Below, piece by piece: positions 27,201 through 42,200 of a DNA stretch of 64,000 nucleotides (its first letter is position 1; each line of letters opens with the position of its first letter). The stretch is from Ruditapes philippinarum (lineage: Eukaryota): the NCBI RefSeq assembly GCF_026571515.1, contig NW_026854607.1, positions 1 through 64,000 of the forward strand, in the 5' to 3' direction. The notes beneath the pieces were generated by a model that saw nothing but the letters and a program-made list of their open reading frames with translations, was not told the DNA's origin and did not search any database. Both the position numbers and the translations under genes were made by a program.

Positions 27201-30200
27201 TCTCGTTTCCGGATGATAACTAGAGTTCCTTTTGACCTACAGCCCTCAAACTTCATAGGATGATTGGTCTTATAGAGCAGATGATCCCTATTGTTTTTGG
27301 GGTCAGTAGTTCAAAGGTCAAGGTCACAGTGACCGTTGGTCAATTTCTCGTTTCCGGATGATAACTAGAGTTCCTTTTGACCTACAGCCCTCAAACTTCA
27401 TAGGATGATTGGTCTTATAGAGCAGATGATCCCTATTGTTTTTGGGGTCAGTAGGTCAAAGGTCAAGGTCACAGTGACCGTTGGTCAATTTCTCATTTCC
27501 GGATGATAACTTGAGTTCCTTTTGACCTACAACCCTCAAACTGGGGGGAGACATATTGTTTTTGCCCTGTCCGTCCGTCAGTCCGTCCGTCCGTCAGTCC
27601 GTCCGTCCATTCTTCGTTTCCGGACGATAACTAGAGTTCCTTTTGACCTACAGCTCTCAAACTTCATAGGATGAATGGTCTTATTGAGCAGATGATCCCT
27701 ATTGTTTTTGGGGTCAGTAGTTCAAAGGTCAAAGTCACAGTGACCGTTGGTCAATTTCTCGTTTCCGGATGATAACTAGAGTTCCTTTTGACCTACAGCC
27801 CTCAAACTTCATAGGATGATTGGTCTTATAGAGCTGATGATCTCTGGATGTGGTGAATTTTTGTTTCAAGTATCTACCAGAGAGGCTTCATTGTGAAAAC
27901 GAGTGGAGTCATCCCAACACACTACAGTTATCATGATTTTACATACATTGTAATTTGAGTTGTCTTTCAATAGTGTAAAAAAATCTGACAATATGAACGT
28001 TTGTTTCAAGTATCATCAAAATCCTTTAAAGGTTTGAAGAATTATGGAGCAGACACAATTTCATTTAATTTCATTTGTGAAACTATATATGATATGACCA
28101 TCAAGTGCAATTTCGTTTGACGCCCGCCTGCCATACGCTGATTGAATAACCAGGATTTTCAAAATTGAATACCTGGTTAAAAACAAACAGTTTAGGAAGC
28201 ATCTTCTCATACAACCTTAACAATAGAAACCATCCATAGACAGCCTTCATTGAAGTGACTACCGGGTATTTACATTATCTTATCTCCATTTCCATTCCTG
28301 TTTCCATTCACAGTTATTCTCAGCAGTGGGGGAGACATGCGCTTTTTTACAAAAGCATCCTCTAGTTTGTTATGTATCGGGTGTATTATCCAAAATGTCA
28401 AAAATCGTGAATTTTATTCTGAAATAACAATACAACTGAGGATGTGGGCGATGGGAGGTTTCGGTAGTATTGCGCCACTCCCGTTTTGCCACCTTTTGTC
28501 TGTCTTCTTGTTTCGGTATTTGATCATGATTTATTGTTCTTTTGATAGAACTATGTGTGTAGTCGTTTGGGAGAAGTTCTAAAAACGGATTTGTAATTTT
28601 TATGATTAAGAATTTTGCTACTACGCGGGGGTGTTTAAGGGTTATTTTAAAAACGGAAAGAAGACATTACCGCATTTGGCAAGTTGTCAGAGCTTAACTT
28701 GTATCAATAATTGTGCTTTTTTAAAAAAACTATACAAAGTATATGTCATTTTTATCAGTTATTAATAATGAACGGTATTTGTTAATTAATATTTATTATT
28801 ATCTTAAAAAAACAACAACAATTTACGTTATTTGCGAAATGACCGCTGCGCGTTTTAATTTTGTCACAGAAAGTAGATCCATTACGTTTATTGTATTGAC
28901 AAGAAAATCACAGGCATTCGTCTGCTGTAGAATCTAGAAGAGTCTTTCGCTATATTTTAGAAAAGCAAATGATATCGGCAATCTTGTCTGTCTTTGTTAT
29001 TCAATAAATAAAGATATAGTCTACAAGCTAAATTTATAGATAGATTCTTGAACCGTCATTCATTAATTAGCAGATCAGTCTATACAGGAAAAGTTTGCAT
29101 GAGTCAACGATATATCTTCATGGAAGTGACTAATATCAATTTTAAAATGTGGGAAATATTAAGTATTATAATCGAACGAAAGGAAACAGTATCCTAGAAA
29201 GTTCTTACATATATTATGTTATTGTTTAATATCAATCAAAATATCGTACGATCATAAGATCTAGAAGTCTATAAATAGAAACAAATAGAAAAAGCGATAA
29301 TTTACATTGTAACGATTCCATTATTTGAGACGACATCTACGTACGTCACTTGGTCACATGACCACTTTTAAAGACAAATTAATATACAAAGTGTGTCATT
29401 GTTACAGTATACACTTCCCCACCGTTTATAAAAGAGGCGAAGTTGGAATTCAGTAAAACAACACTTAAGTACAGATTACAGAGTACGAATTGTTAATGTT
29501 ATGATGTTGGAAATGTGAAAAGAATATAAAAAATGCTGTCGTAAACTTGAACACTTCTAGATTTAATTAATATGCCATGATACGGGATTCCTCAAATTGT
29601 GGTTGTTTTCTAAAGTGCAAGTTGTTTCTAGTGCACGTTATCTGGTATCTAAAATCAATTATGGGTAAAATAACAGATGAACAAAGTAGAATGATCTCAG
29701 CGGAAACTGATAATAGAAATGTTCAACGTACGAAAGTTTTAAGTGACGAGTGATAAAATTATAATAAAGAAGAATTTTGAAGACAATGAATTTTAGATAC
29801 AATAGTCGTTTTCAGACCAAATTTTGAAGACAATGAAGTTTAGATACAATAGTCATTTTCAGACCAAAACTGTTCCGTGGAAACTCCCTTTTTATTTCGC
29901 CGCGTGACATGTTTAAGAGGGTTAAGGCATTCCATCTAGTGTGCCTTAATAATTTTTAGTAATATGCATGTATACTTTGCGTTAATTAAAAAAGTTAACT
30001 TTAAAGAATAACAACAAACTCAATTTTTTTCTTTTCTTTCAAATTGATTAAGCGCTTTTATCAACATAATGATTTATATGATGCGTGGTATATATTAAAG
30101 GCACACAAAGTGTTTTAGATATGAACTTTACTTTCTCCAAGAAGTACGATACATGTGTTGTAATAATGGATTTAGAATATGAAAGATGCCTATAACCTGA

Positions 30201-33200
30201 CGAATTATAGCGCTGAATGTGAAATAATTTAAGAAAAAGAAGTGGTATTTTGACTAACATACTAATTGCCCAAACGTGATAGAAGATTTTAAGTGCCAAT
30301 GAGTAACTTTTTTAAAACCGCAAACAGAAAAGTAAAAATATAAAACTTAAAAATATGAAAATATCTACATTTTCTAGGCTTACTGGGCCTTTAAAGTTGT
30401 GTCTCTGCGAAATATACGTCAGGAAATTTCTTGAGTGTTTTTTCTCGTGGAAAAAAACGTGAAACAACTTAAGATGTGACCTGTTTCTATAATAGAGTGT
30501 ATATTATCAGAAGAAAGTGGACATAGATTAAGATCTTTTACTGCGAAATTTGTATCGATCCACGATCTTTCCTTAGTTTTTGTGAACTTTAATTTAAAAA
30601 GTACAAAAAAAGTTAGAATATCGTGTGATTAAGGTGAAGTTACTTGGTCAAGTTACATCAGAAGAAAAGACGATTACTTGAAACATAATTATGTCGGTCT
30701 CAGATTCTATATGGAATACAAAATGTATATGATATTTGCTGGAAAAACTTTTTCGTATTTTTGTGTACTCGGCTCCCAATGGCTACGGGTAAACAATGAA
30801 CCTGCTTAGTTTCTTAAATTCGGACTTTACCTTGGAACTTACCATTGGATATCAAGATGATATGAGCCGCGTCACGACAAAACCAACATAATGGGTTTGC
30901 GTACAGCATGGATCCAGACCAGATGCGCATCCGCACAGTCTGGTCAGGATCCATGCTGTTCGCTATCAGTTGTAATAGGGTTTGTAAGCGAACAAAATGG
31001 GTCCTGATCAGACTGCGCGGATGCACTATATTGGTTTTGTCATGACGCGGCTCAAATATATACTTGATCAGCTATTAGTAATGAACCTGGTCAGGCTGAA
31101 TGGAGGTACAGACTGGCTTTGCATTATACTGGGTGACAAAGGCTATAAATACTTCCGGTTGCTGCAGGTCAAGTGTTAATAACCATGACGTTTTGAAGCA
31201 TAATAATTGTTAGCACTTGATGACTTTTCATTCTCTAAAAAAAACGAAGCAAAATTGTCTTCGTTCCTTCCTTGAATACACATGATTATGTGATATATAA
31301 GTAAATAAGTAATTGCAATATTTCGAATATTTGAACAAGTACTGTATAATTATACGAGCGGTCTTTTTTTGTTGTGTAATTATACTTATGTATTTATCTC
31401 ATTTTTAACAATGCTGGTATTATTTTTACCAGATCTTTTGAATTTCAAGTTACGTTAACGTGTACATTATCAACATCTTCAAATTATAGTTTCACGGATG
31501 TAGTTTAGATAATTAATGGACCTTCACTTCTTTATCAGTCTGATAACATTACGTTAAACGAATTTAAGTACACAATCATGCATTCGCACAAAATATTTTA
31601 GACAAAAAAGGGCATGGAAATTAACTCGCGTATTTTCTATAAAAAGTGCAAAATTCGTTTGTGCGCCAATGATTTTCTACACGAAAACGTGACAAGATAT
31701 TATTTAAAAAGCTTATCATAGCTTAAATATGTGCTGCATTTTTATACATGTACGTGGGATGGGAGGGCACGCTATCTGTCCGTGATCAATACAAATTAAC
31801 TATTCAAAAATCTGCATTTTACAATACTTATACTCTACAGATACATCGTACGATTTACTTGAAAACGTGCGTCGGTGAAACACGAGTGTTTAAATAATTA
31901 TGCCATTTCAAAATTGGTACAACACTGTGCCGATGACACATTTTTTTAAGTGAAATATAATTTAAAATGAAATTACGCAATGATTTACATTATATTAATC
32001 ATTTTTTTAACAGTCATAAAACGCCACTGATTACCGAGTTTAAGCGATTTATTGCGCTCCCGATAACAATGTTACGTAAGACCATTAATTAAGTAATACG
32101 AATTAATTAATGCGCGGCTTACGCGTGTTTGAGCTGAATTAAAAACGATTACGTAATGTATGCGTAAGGTGAAAATGCTAATTAACTATCAGAAATATTT
32201 ATTACCTGAGTTCGTTTTTTGTCGAACATACTGTGATATGATACTTTCACACAATCGCGCAACCTTCATGAATTCGCAAAACAATAAACTGCGTCATGGA
32301 ACAAAAATATTGATAATTTAAAAGCGCTTTGACATCGAAACTTAATAAAAAAAAATCGAATCGTCTCTCGCACTGTCTGGCATCTGGTCTCAACGAAATG
32401 AAAATATGAAAAAAAAGGATATAAATTTGTTTTTAATTCCTTAATTTAAATATACATGAGTATAAATTGTTTAGTAACAGATTTGCCGGTAGATAACTCG
32501 CGACCTTTTCAAACGCTTTCGCGAGCTCACACTGCTGTAACATGTTGCGTGCCCGTGCTTCAAATCGATTTCCACATTAAATATCCAATTAAAAAACCAG
32601 ATGTCGCGAATGGATGCAAATTTAATAACTCGTTAAATATGAGGATCAGGACAATCGCAGAAATGCCGTGGAATATTACATTCCTGTAGTCCATATGTCA
32701 GTCATTGCTTCTTTCTCTTTTGGTAGTAAATATTTTGGCGCCAAATTGTGTGGGACAACGACTTTGTTTGGAAAACAAAGAGACGTATGGAAACAAGGCT
32801 TTTTCTTTCTTTATTTGAGACCATTTAGTGACAAACGTCGATAATTAATTTTCAAGTTTACTATAAAATTGATAGTTTTTTTCTAGACGCGTTTTTCTAG
32901 CACGCGCTTTTAGTGTCCAATCGTGCGAATGCCTACTTTATTTTGAATGAAGATAAACGAGAAAAAGATAAAAGAAGCAAGGATTCGGCGCAATTAAAAG
33001 GACATACTACTTCATTATTGGGGAGTCCGTGCCCGTTTGATCAAACAACTTGCCTCTCACGGGTTCGACACGCGCAAGCGTCTTCGGATTCTGCCATGTG
33101 AGAAAGCTATCTAGCTAGCTTACGGAACGTCGGTGGTTCTACTCAGGTAGAAGTTCGAGCCTGAAGTAATGCACAGAAGTGCACCTGAGGTCTCCCTCCA

Positions 33201-36200
33201 CCAGTAAAAGACCTGAAAAGTCACCATATGACCTTTACAGTTTTGGTGCGACGTAAAACCCAACCCAAAATTAATTATTTAAAGGTGGTTACAACCTCTT
33301 AACACTGGTCAGCTTTTACACTTAAGCTGTGCATGACTATCTTAAAATAGATTTTATACAATTTATATTTCCCCTCCCTTGTTTTTCTTCGTCTTTTTTA
33401 CGCATGTTATGAATTGTTAAGGAAAAACAGTGTTGTTTACGAATCTTGTTACATATGAATTTGTCGATTGCTACGCACAACGGTTTCTATTTTGTACATG
33501 ACACGGACGCTCGGCATGATCGAGGAAATTACGGACTTTAGTAGACCTTTCAACTCGCCTTCAACTTTTACTCGCGGTAACACGTAATGGTAAACAACTA
33601 CCGGTATCACACGAATCTAGGTTTTTTTTTTCGAATAAGCGATAAACTTTCTCGCAATATTGATAAAGTGTCTTATATCTGTCAGACAAAGGTACATATA
33701 TTTTTATGTATATATGTGCATACTGTATTTCATAATTAATTGAGATCTATTGTGGTTGTTATTTATATAAGGTCAAATCGTGAAATTATTTCTGAGGACA
33801 TGTTTTGTAATATATTAAATATGGTTGAAAATAGGCTACATCGTTTTCAAGCAAGAAGTTGTTATATAAAACATCGGGGGGGGGGGGGGGGGGTCGTTGA
33901 AACATTACGAACTTTCTTATGCACGTGAACTTATCGAAAATACCCAATTCTCAAACGCGCGGGAATAAAAATAAAGTGAAGCGAGAGGGTTGGCGGCTGC
34001 ATTGTCTTTGTTTGATCCGTAACATTTTAAAAGGCGGGTAATAAAATTGATTATTTTGAAAGAATTCCACCACAAATCGTTATATCCGTGTTTGAGTTAA
34101 TGATTATTCGGATTAGTAGGCCGATTTTAATCTTAATATGTTTACGGGTAAACAATATGGATCCCTAGGGACGAGTCTGTTCATATTTTTTGTTAATTTG
34201 GTAATGTTAGTTTAGGTCAATGCGGACCGTATCTTTATTATATATGAATACCCTTTTGTTACACGTTTGTAACTTGTTATTGAAAACACCGTGATCGTAT
34301 TAGATAACGGGTCCGGGTTGAAACCTTAGACCAGCAAGATTACTATTTACGTACCGCTGACTTGTAAACAACCCTTAAAAGGTAAACAGGTGTATTGTAG
34401 TACGGCTAGAGCACTCTAATGTGTCCTATAGCTAATTCCACTATAGTTGTCGCGAAACTCGCATGTGCTGTTTTAACATACGTTGCATGGCCGTTTAGCA
34501 TTTTTCCTGTTCCATGGATTTTAAATTATTTCAGTGTTTGGAAGCTATCCAGGTAGCTGACGGAACGTCGGTGGTTCTACTCATGTCTAAAATAATGCAC
34601 GGATGGGGACCTGGGGTACCGTATGGCCACGTGACAATTTCGTGCAGCGTCGCTATGACTTAAACCCCAACAACAACAACGTTAACGTACTTGCAAAAAG
34701 AAGATTTTCAGCCATTCTCATTAAGCGAATATATTTTTATATTCATAACAGAGACCTTTAACATTTTATAGGGTTTTAATAAGGATAAAATATAAAATGG
34801 GAATTAATATGTATACATGCATTTTCATTCTAAAAGAACTGTGAAATTCATTTTAATCCGGTTATTGTTTTGGTGTTACATGTATTATGTTTTTGTATTA
34901 TTATTTCTCCCCTTTGGCATTTAAATAAACTCTTGTCGCAGTTGCCACATAAGTTGAAATTAACTACTTTTGCTTAATTTTCTTTTGCGTTTGTCTTACA
35001 TGTTTATTATGGTATGTTCCAAGGTATGAAATATTGCACGTACACTATTAAACAAGTCAACTTTATCCACGTAAATACCTAATGAGTTATCGCTAATGCG
35101 TTCGTGCGTAAACCAATAAAGCATGTTTCACGTATATATACTGTTTTAATCATTTTCTTTAACATTTAATGATAATAATGATACTTTATGCACGTAATTT
35201 TTTAAAGAAGTCGTTTATATTTCCACAGTGTTTATGTTTACGTGTAAACAGAGATGAAACAAGAAAATTGGCTTATGCTTGCATACGTTGCAAAAGATAA
35301 TGCAAAATTATGCTATAGATAATGCAACTTTATGCTATAGATAATGCAACATTATGCTTTAGATAATGCAACTTCATGCTATAGATAATGCAACATTATG
35401 CTATAGATAATGCAACATTATGCTTTAGATAATGCAACATTATGCTATAGATAATGCAACATTATGCTATAGATAATGCAACATTATGCTTTAGATAATG
35501 CAACATTATGCTATAGATAATGCAACATTATGCTATAGATAATGCAACTTCATGCTATATATAATGCAACATTATGCCGTTATGCCCTAGATAATGAATG
35601 CATCATAATGTTACAGACAATGCAACATTATACTGTAATAACACTTGTTATCTACTAGTGTTAATAAAGTCGTTGATGTTTACATTTCTGCAAGAAATAA
35701 TGCAATAATTCAACAGAATGCGTGTTTACTATAAAAGACTGTCGTTTATGTTTACATGCTAGAAATAATGCAACAGGGTGTTTATTTACTGTGAAAGAAA
35801 TCGAGTTTATTATCGCCTATAAATTACATGCCAAAATCAAACTGAATGCTAATTGTTTATTGTTATACGTATAGTATACAGTAGTACAATCTTTTACTAA
35901 AGGAAAAAAAAAACTTTATTGAAATGCTTTAATTATATCAGATTACTGTTTGTTTATTTGTTACATGTACGAGTATAACGCATATTAATTAAATGTAAAA
36001 AGAAAATCGTTTTATGTTTTACATTCTAGATATAATACAACAGGATATGCGTGTTAATTATTGATGGTTTATATTTTTTCAGACACTGCACTTGGGAACC
36101 TAGAGAAAACATACTTGATGCGTCCTTGATAAAACAGTTTGACGAGGAGTAAGTGCATTTCTATTCACTGATTTAGTTTGCTTGATAAGTATAACAAGGT

Positions 36201-39200
36201 CGAAAGTACTACTCAGTTGATGTTGAGACAGATAACCAACCGCCTTTTGTGCGCGCGATGATAATACATGTATGTACATGTACATCTGTGTATATCACCG
36301 GAAGCACGTGTGAGCGTCTCCCTCGGAAAAAACAACTTTGTAGTAATCTTACTTTTTTAGAGTATAAAAAAGTTTATAATATATATGAAGAACTATTAAA
36401 AGTGAGTTTCATTCCGAAACTTATTCCTAAGTTTAATTGAGGAAGCGTGGGGGGGTCAAACTTACGACCTCTGGAATTATAGCCAAACAGAGTTATCACT
36501 GGTCTGCTGCGCTCGCAATGATAATACAGTCAAGTAATTTGCCGTTCTTTTATACCTGAGCTGTTTTACGTCTGTTTTCTATTGTTGACAGTAGCCTGGA
36601 AAATATGTTTCTTTTATTTCTGTGACAAATTACTTAACTTTGAGCAACAGCAGAAATCATTTAACCGCCTTTGCATGTATTCTAGAGGAAAATTAAAGTT
36701 AAAATTAATCCCTGAAAGTCAATGCCATAATGAGTAGGTAGTGTCAATATTTCTGAAAGTCCGTGTTCTAAATTAAATTCTCAGCGTCGAAGAAACCTAG
36801 TTTTCTTATTTGACACGCTTAATTCAGAAAGTTGGAAACCGCCGATATTCAAAGGGTTACAGCGTCCATAAAAAATAATATGTCACAAGCTGGCTTATTC
36901 TGTATAATCAATTATATATATTTAATATATACGTTTCTAGAACTGTCTTTGAATGCGATAGCTGATTATCTTCTGCTCAGCACGCGCTGCATTCGTCTGC
37001 TTCTTTCTGCTTTTATCGGTAGATTACTCAATATCCGTTGTAGCGTTTAAATTCTTATGTATACCTAATTTAGAATAACATGTACATATATGAATAGTTG
37101 AATATTAAATTGGTATATAACCGCGACACGTCTCGCTTTTCGTTCAATACATAAAATTATATTATAAAACAATGGCAGAATTAAAAGGGTTTTACTCCCG
37201 TGTATGTGTTAGTATATGCAAACTTTAGTATGCGAGTACCTTGTAGTGCATGCACGAGGCGGGAAAAATAATTATGCTACATTTTTCATTTTCATAACTT
37301 AAATGTAAGCACTTGCTCAGAATTATTAGACGCTCATGGCTTGTGACTGCCCGTCGGTCTATGACAAAAATACCGGTAGACAGACAGACATACATACTCC
37401 CGACGAGCGCAGTGGTTTAGTGGTAACACTTTAAATCCAAGTGTCGTGAGTTCGATCCCCTGTCACTCCAACTACAATTACTAACGGATGTTAAAAACCG
37501 AGGTTTTCCGTATAGTGGGGATTTAAATCTTCATTAGGAATACCTAACCGATTGTTCTTATTCGAAATTTTACGGAAAGGGCCGAGAAGTTGCAACTTTC
37601 AGCCTTATATACTCAATTGCCTTGCACATGCTTAATCAATTGCTCTTAAACATAGAAACCTACCTATTGAAAACAATCTCAATGTATCATGTAGAAAGTG
37701 ACACATAGTTCTTGTCTTTAATTGTCTGAATACTTCTGAAAAGTGAATCTAATTGATCACCGTTTCGATCTGATTCGCCGACAGTCAGACATGATTCAGA
37801 CCTCACTGACTAATATAGGCCAGTGCTTAAATAATGCCAGTGAATAAAAGTGAGTAATGTATGTGACTAAGTGAAAAGCCTTGCCGACAGTCTGTACAAA
37901 ACATAAATATCATATTGATTTAAGAAACGATAATTTGTTTATTTTTGTATATTTCTAATTGTGATAATTATTTTCTCTGGTATTGATTTTTTTTGTTGAT
38001 ATTTCGGTGATTTTTATTAGGTTCTAGTTATATTAATGCTATTTATAAAAAAAAAACACGTTATATATTCACGATAAAAAGTACATGTTAATTAGGCTAT
38101 ATATAAATGTACTCGTAAACGTATATAGACAGACGTATTATTAACATGTTCACATAAATGTGCTATATTAAAAAAATGAGCCGCGTCACGACAAAACCAA
38201 CATAATGGGTTTGCGACCAGCATGGATCCAGACCGGCCTGCGCATCCGCGCAGTCTGATCAGGATCCATGCTGATCGCTTACAAACCCTATTACAAGTAA
38301 AGAAACTGATAGCGAACAGCATGGATCCTGATCAGACTGCGCAGATGCACAGGCTGGTCTGGATCCATGCTGGTCGCAAACGCATTATGTTGGTTTTGTC
38401 ATGACGCGGCTCATGTATTAAAAAACTACTTTCTCAAAAAATTATTATAGGTGACCTTTAAGTAAATGCTTACGTGGATCAGACAAATAGTTATGAAGCA
38501 GTAACGACCTTCTTGGGAGTGATTTATTGAGATATTTTAGCATTTGCTGTAATAAACACGTACGTCTATAAATGTACTATAGGGAAATATAATTGTATCG
38601 CAATAGCTTTTCTGTAAGCTCTGAAAAGGGTACTTTTTTTTTTCCGTAACTATCATAAATTATCACGATTCTTAAAGCTGGATTACTTATTTTCATGAAA
38701 ATTGTGAAGTTGTATTAAAAAGCGTCATTATTGTCAAGTTTACAAGGAAAGTAAACGGCTCTTTCGATCCACGTAAATTACAAAGTAAAAGCCAAACTAT
38801 GCAATAGCCTATATTGCGTTAGTCACGCAGTAGAAATATGGTGATATACATGTATACTTGAAAATCAGTCATTCATTGCATATAACATGTTTTTTCACCA
38901 CTTGAATTATGAATAATTTTACTTTTCTTTACATCTAAGTACATTTTTTCTTCAAAGTTGATTTTCTTGAAATTGTTTTACTAATCTGGAGGCATGAAGC
39001 TTTTATTTATATTTGGATTCATAACATCTGTAGTTTAGGACCCTCTCGTATTTATATCAAAATTTTGCTTTGTTTTTTTTTACAAGTGATAATTAGAAGC
39101 ATTAAACTATGACAGCACAATCAGTAGACACATTTTGTATTTAAATGTTTTTTTTTGTCATGATGGTTGTTTTAATATTTTGTTTTATTATTCATTTTCA

Positions 39201-42200
39201 ATTTTATTTCTTCACTTCTTGGTTCTTTTATTCCCCTTCATATGTATATTTTTTTTTGCTGAATCATCGTGAATACACATTATCGGTATATTAAATGTAT
39301 CATGTATTATATATGTAAACTCGTCGCCTACTTGAATGCTTGACAAAATATTTATAAATATCATCTGTGCAACCTTAGTTACATAAGTCCTATGAAATAA
39401 GATACTGCGCTTAATACATGTATCATGTATAATAATTATAATAATACTAATATCTCAGGCTATAGAGAAAATAACAGACTTTGATAATTAAAAAAAATAA
39501 TATGATCTTAGGTTATTAGCTTAGATTTCTTTTGTTAATAAAATTTTTTGTTGTCTTAAGATCTTACTTTTTTTAACGTTACTTGATGTATGTGTTTTCT
39601 TGATTGAAAACATTATAACGCTTCCACGTTAAAGTTTCTTTAAAGTTTGAAAGATTTAATATAGGTATTCACTCACACATACGCACGCACACACATGCAC
39701 TTTTTTAATTTTAACGCTTACAAGTGAATTTTAGGTTACTTTAATTTAGATTTGTTTCTACAACGCTTCAAGATACACTAGAGAAAGAAATCAAACCTAA
39801 CATCAAAATAGTACTTTAAATTGTTGGCATATACAATGTACTTTAAACAAAGCTTTTTTAGAACGTGTTCTTTTTTCTAGAACAATATTTCAACCTGTTT
39901 GCATACACCGAGAAATTTATAAAACACTAAACTCCCTTGAGTTGATAAATTGTCTTGTCCACATTTCACTTTGGAAAAAAACATATGAGCCGCTTCATGA
40001 CAAAACCAACATTGTGGGTTTGCAACCAGCATGGATCCAGACCAGCCTGCCGTCCGCGCAGTCTGATCAGGATCCATGCTGTTCGCTTACCAACTCTATT
40101 ACAAGTAGAGAAACTGATAGCGAACAGCATGGATCCTGATCAGACTGCGCGGCTGCGCAGGCTGGTCTGGATCCAGGCTGGTCGCAAACCCATTATGTTG
40201 GTTTTGTTGTGACGCGGCTCATATTATATATTTTTAATGAAAAAAAATGTACGGACTCAATAACGAACAATGCAGACCACGATACGTCGGCACGAATGTA
40301 CCGACTGAATTTGGTCTGCACTAGTCACAGGGGTAGAACAACAACAACAACTATTCTCAACGGATATAAATAAAATACTGAAAATGTCAGGCCTCTTATA
40401 TTTCGAAGACTTAGATTTTTCTCCAAGTTTCTTAGATATAATGTTACAATTTATCTTCCTATTACCCCTCTGTGAACTCCATAGTGAATCAACATGTTTA
40501 CCACAAATATTAACCGTGTTTTTCTATCAATGGAAACCAGGCTTCAAGGCCATCTATTGGCTCTTCAATATCATATCGATGCAAGGCGAAGCAGAGCCTT
40601 GCTGTTACAGTTCTTCTAGAACTGTTTACTTAGTGTTTTGTTTTTCCAATAAAACATGATCTACAGTTCGCCCTATTGAAATTGATCCTAATTTAACAGA
40701 GAAGAGATCTGAAAATCTAAATTAATTGTTGTTAAAGCAGCATGCCATCGAATCAATGCTAATTTTCCGGAAAATTTTGAAAAATTATTCAAAAGTAAAA
40801 TATTTTGAAGTGAACAACGAAAGTAATACATGTATCGACATTGCAAACAACGCTTACAATCCACGCAAATTACCAGAAGGAGACAAAATATGCAAAAAGT
40901 AGCCCTAACTGTATCAGTCACTTAGTAGAAATATTGTGATTAATAGTGCAAAATCAGTCATTAATCGCACAAAACATGTTAAGTTTTACTTGAGTCTTTT
41001 ACTTTTCTTAAAATCTTAGTACATTTTTCTTAAGTTTGATTTTCTTAAAATGTTTTTTGCTCATCTGGAGGCATGCAGCTTTAACTGGATTTTTATTTCT
41101 GTATATTTCATCTGTTAACTTAAGTGTTGTTAACAAGTCATCTTCAGTGTTTTTACTTCAGATTTGTTTTTTGCTTTAAATAATTATAGGTGAGCAATTA
41201 AACGTCTAAGCATCATTCGTGACTATTAAAGATGCCTCAATTTACCTTATTCTATAAACAATAATTGTAGCATAATTTAAGAGTAACTTTCCGCGGAATT
41301 ATTGCGCCGCGCGTGATGATGCGGTTATTTTATTAAGCATCATTGTCGAATGAATCATACCAGATGTTAAGAGTACATGACAATTGCACGATTGTTCCGG
41401 AAGTGCTTTGAGCGTTTCTTTTTTTCCAATTTAACAGTTGGGGTTATTTTCACTTGCCTTCTATCTCGATCAAGGTCGAAATTTCAAGAGGACGCGTTTT
41501 TCCTTTTAATATTCATCATTTTTTATAATTCTCAATGATATTCAATTTTTATATATTTTCCACTTTGTCAGTGGTGCTTTAGATGCCACATGAAACCTCA
41601 GACGACTTTTATCGGACGTAATCATTCTCGTCTGCTATGTTCTGACTTTCTTCTATTTCTCAATATAGATTTCATAACATTATTGGAAGGATTATATGGC
41701 AGGCATTTTCTGTGGCAGAAACAAATCGAAGAGGTGAATGTCTTTCGAAAAAAGCACGTAACTAACTTCTTGAACCGCGATAGAAATCATATACAAAAGT
41801 ACATATACCTGATAAAAGGGCGTTGCGTATAATCGTTCACCTTTTAGCTAGCTAGTTAATCCTAAATTGAATAATCCCATTATGTTATGATTCCCGAAAA
41901 TAAAACTTACACGTGAATTCATTTCAGTGCCGCGAATGCCAGTTACCACGCTAATTATATAGAATAAATATTGTTGTGGGCGCAACCCACAATTATGAAA
42001 ATGCGCCTCGGGAAATTACATTCAATGTTACTGTTCAGAAAATGTATGAAGCTCTATGTTCGGACAGTATCTCTGCTCATATTTTACTAGAAATATATAT
42101 ATGTTGTTAATTTTCTTGTCTTTTTCTTGTATTTCAGGGGCTATGATCCACGTAGGGTGAGGGCGGCCTGCCGGAAGAAGAAAAGGAGGCGAAGTGAGGT

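Noticed and set aside
12877-40212. Recurrent ORFs MDPDQTARMRRLVWIHAGRK / MHPRSLIRIHA (11663, 12877, 16640, 30814, 38092, 38222, 39877, 39955, etc.) as a small-protein family
   Set aside because: All are translations of the non-coding palindromic MITE; frames, starts and stops differ between copies.
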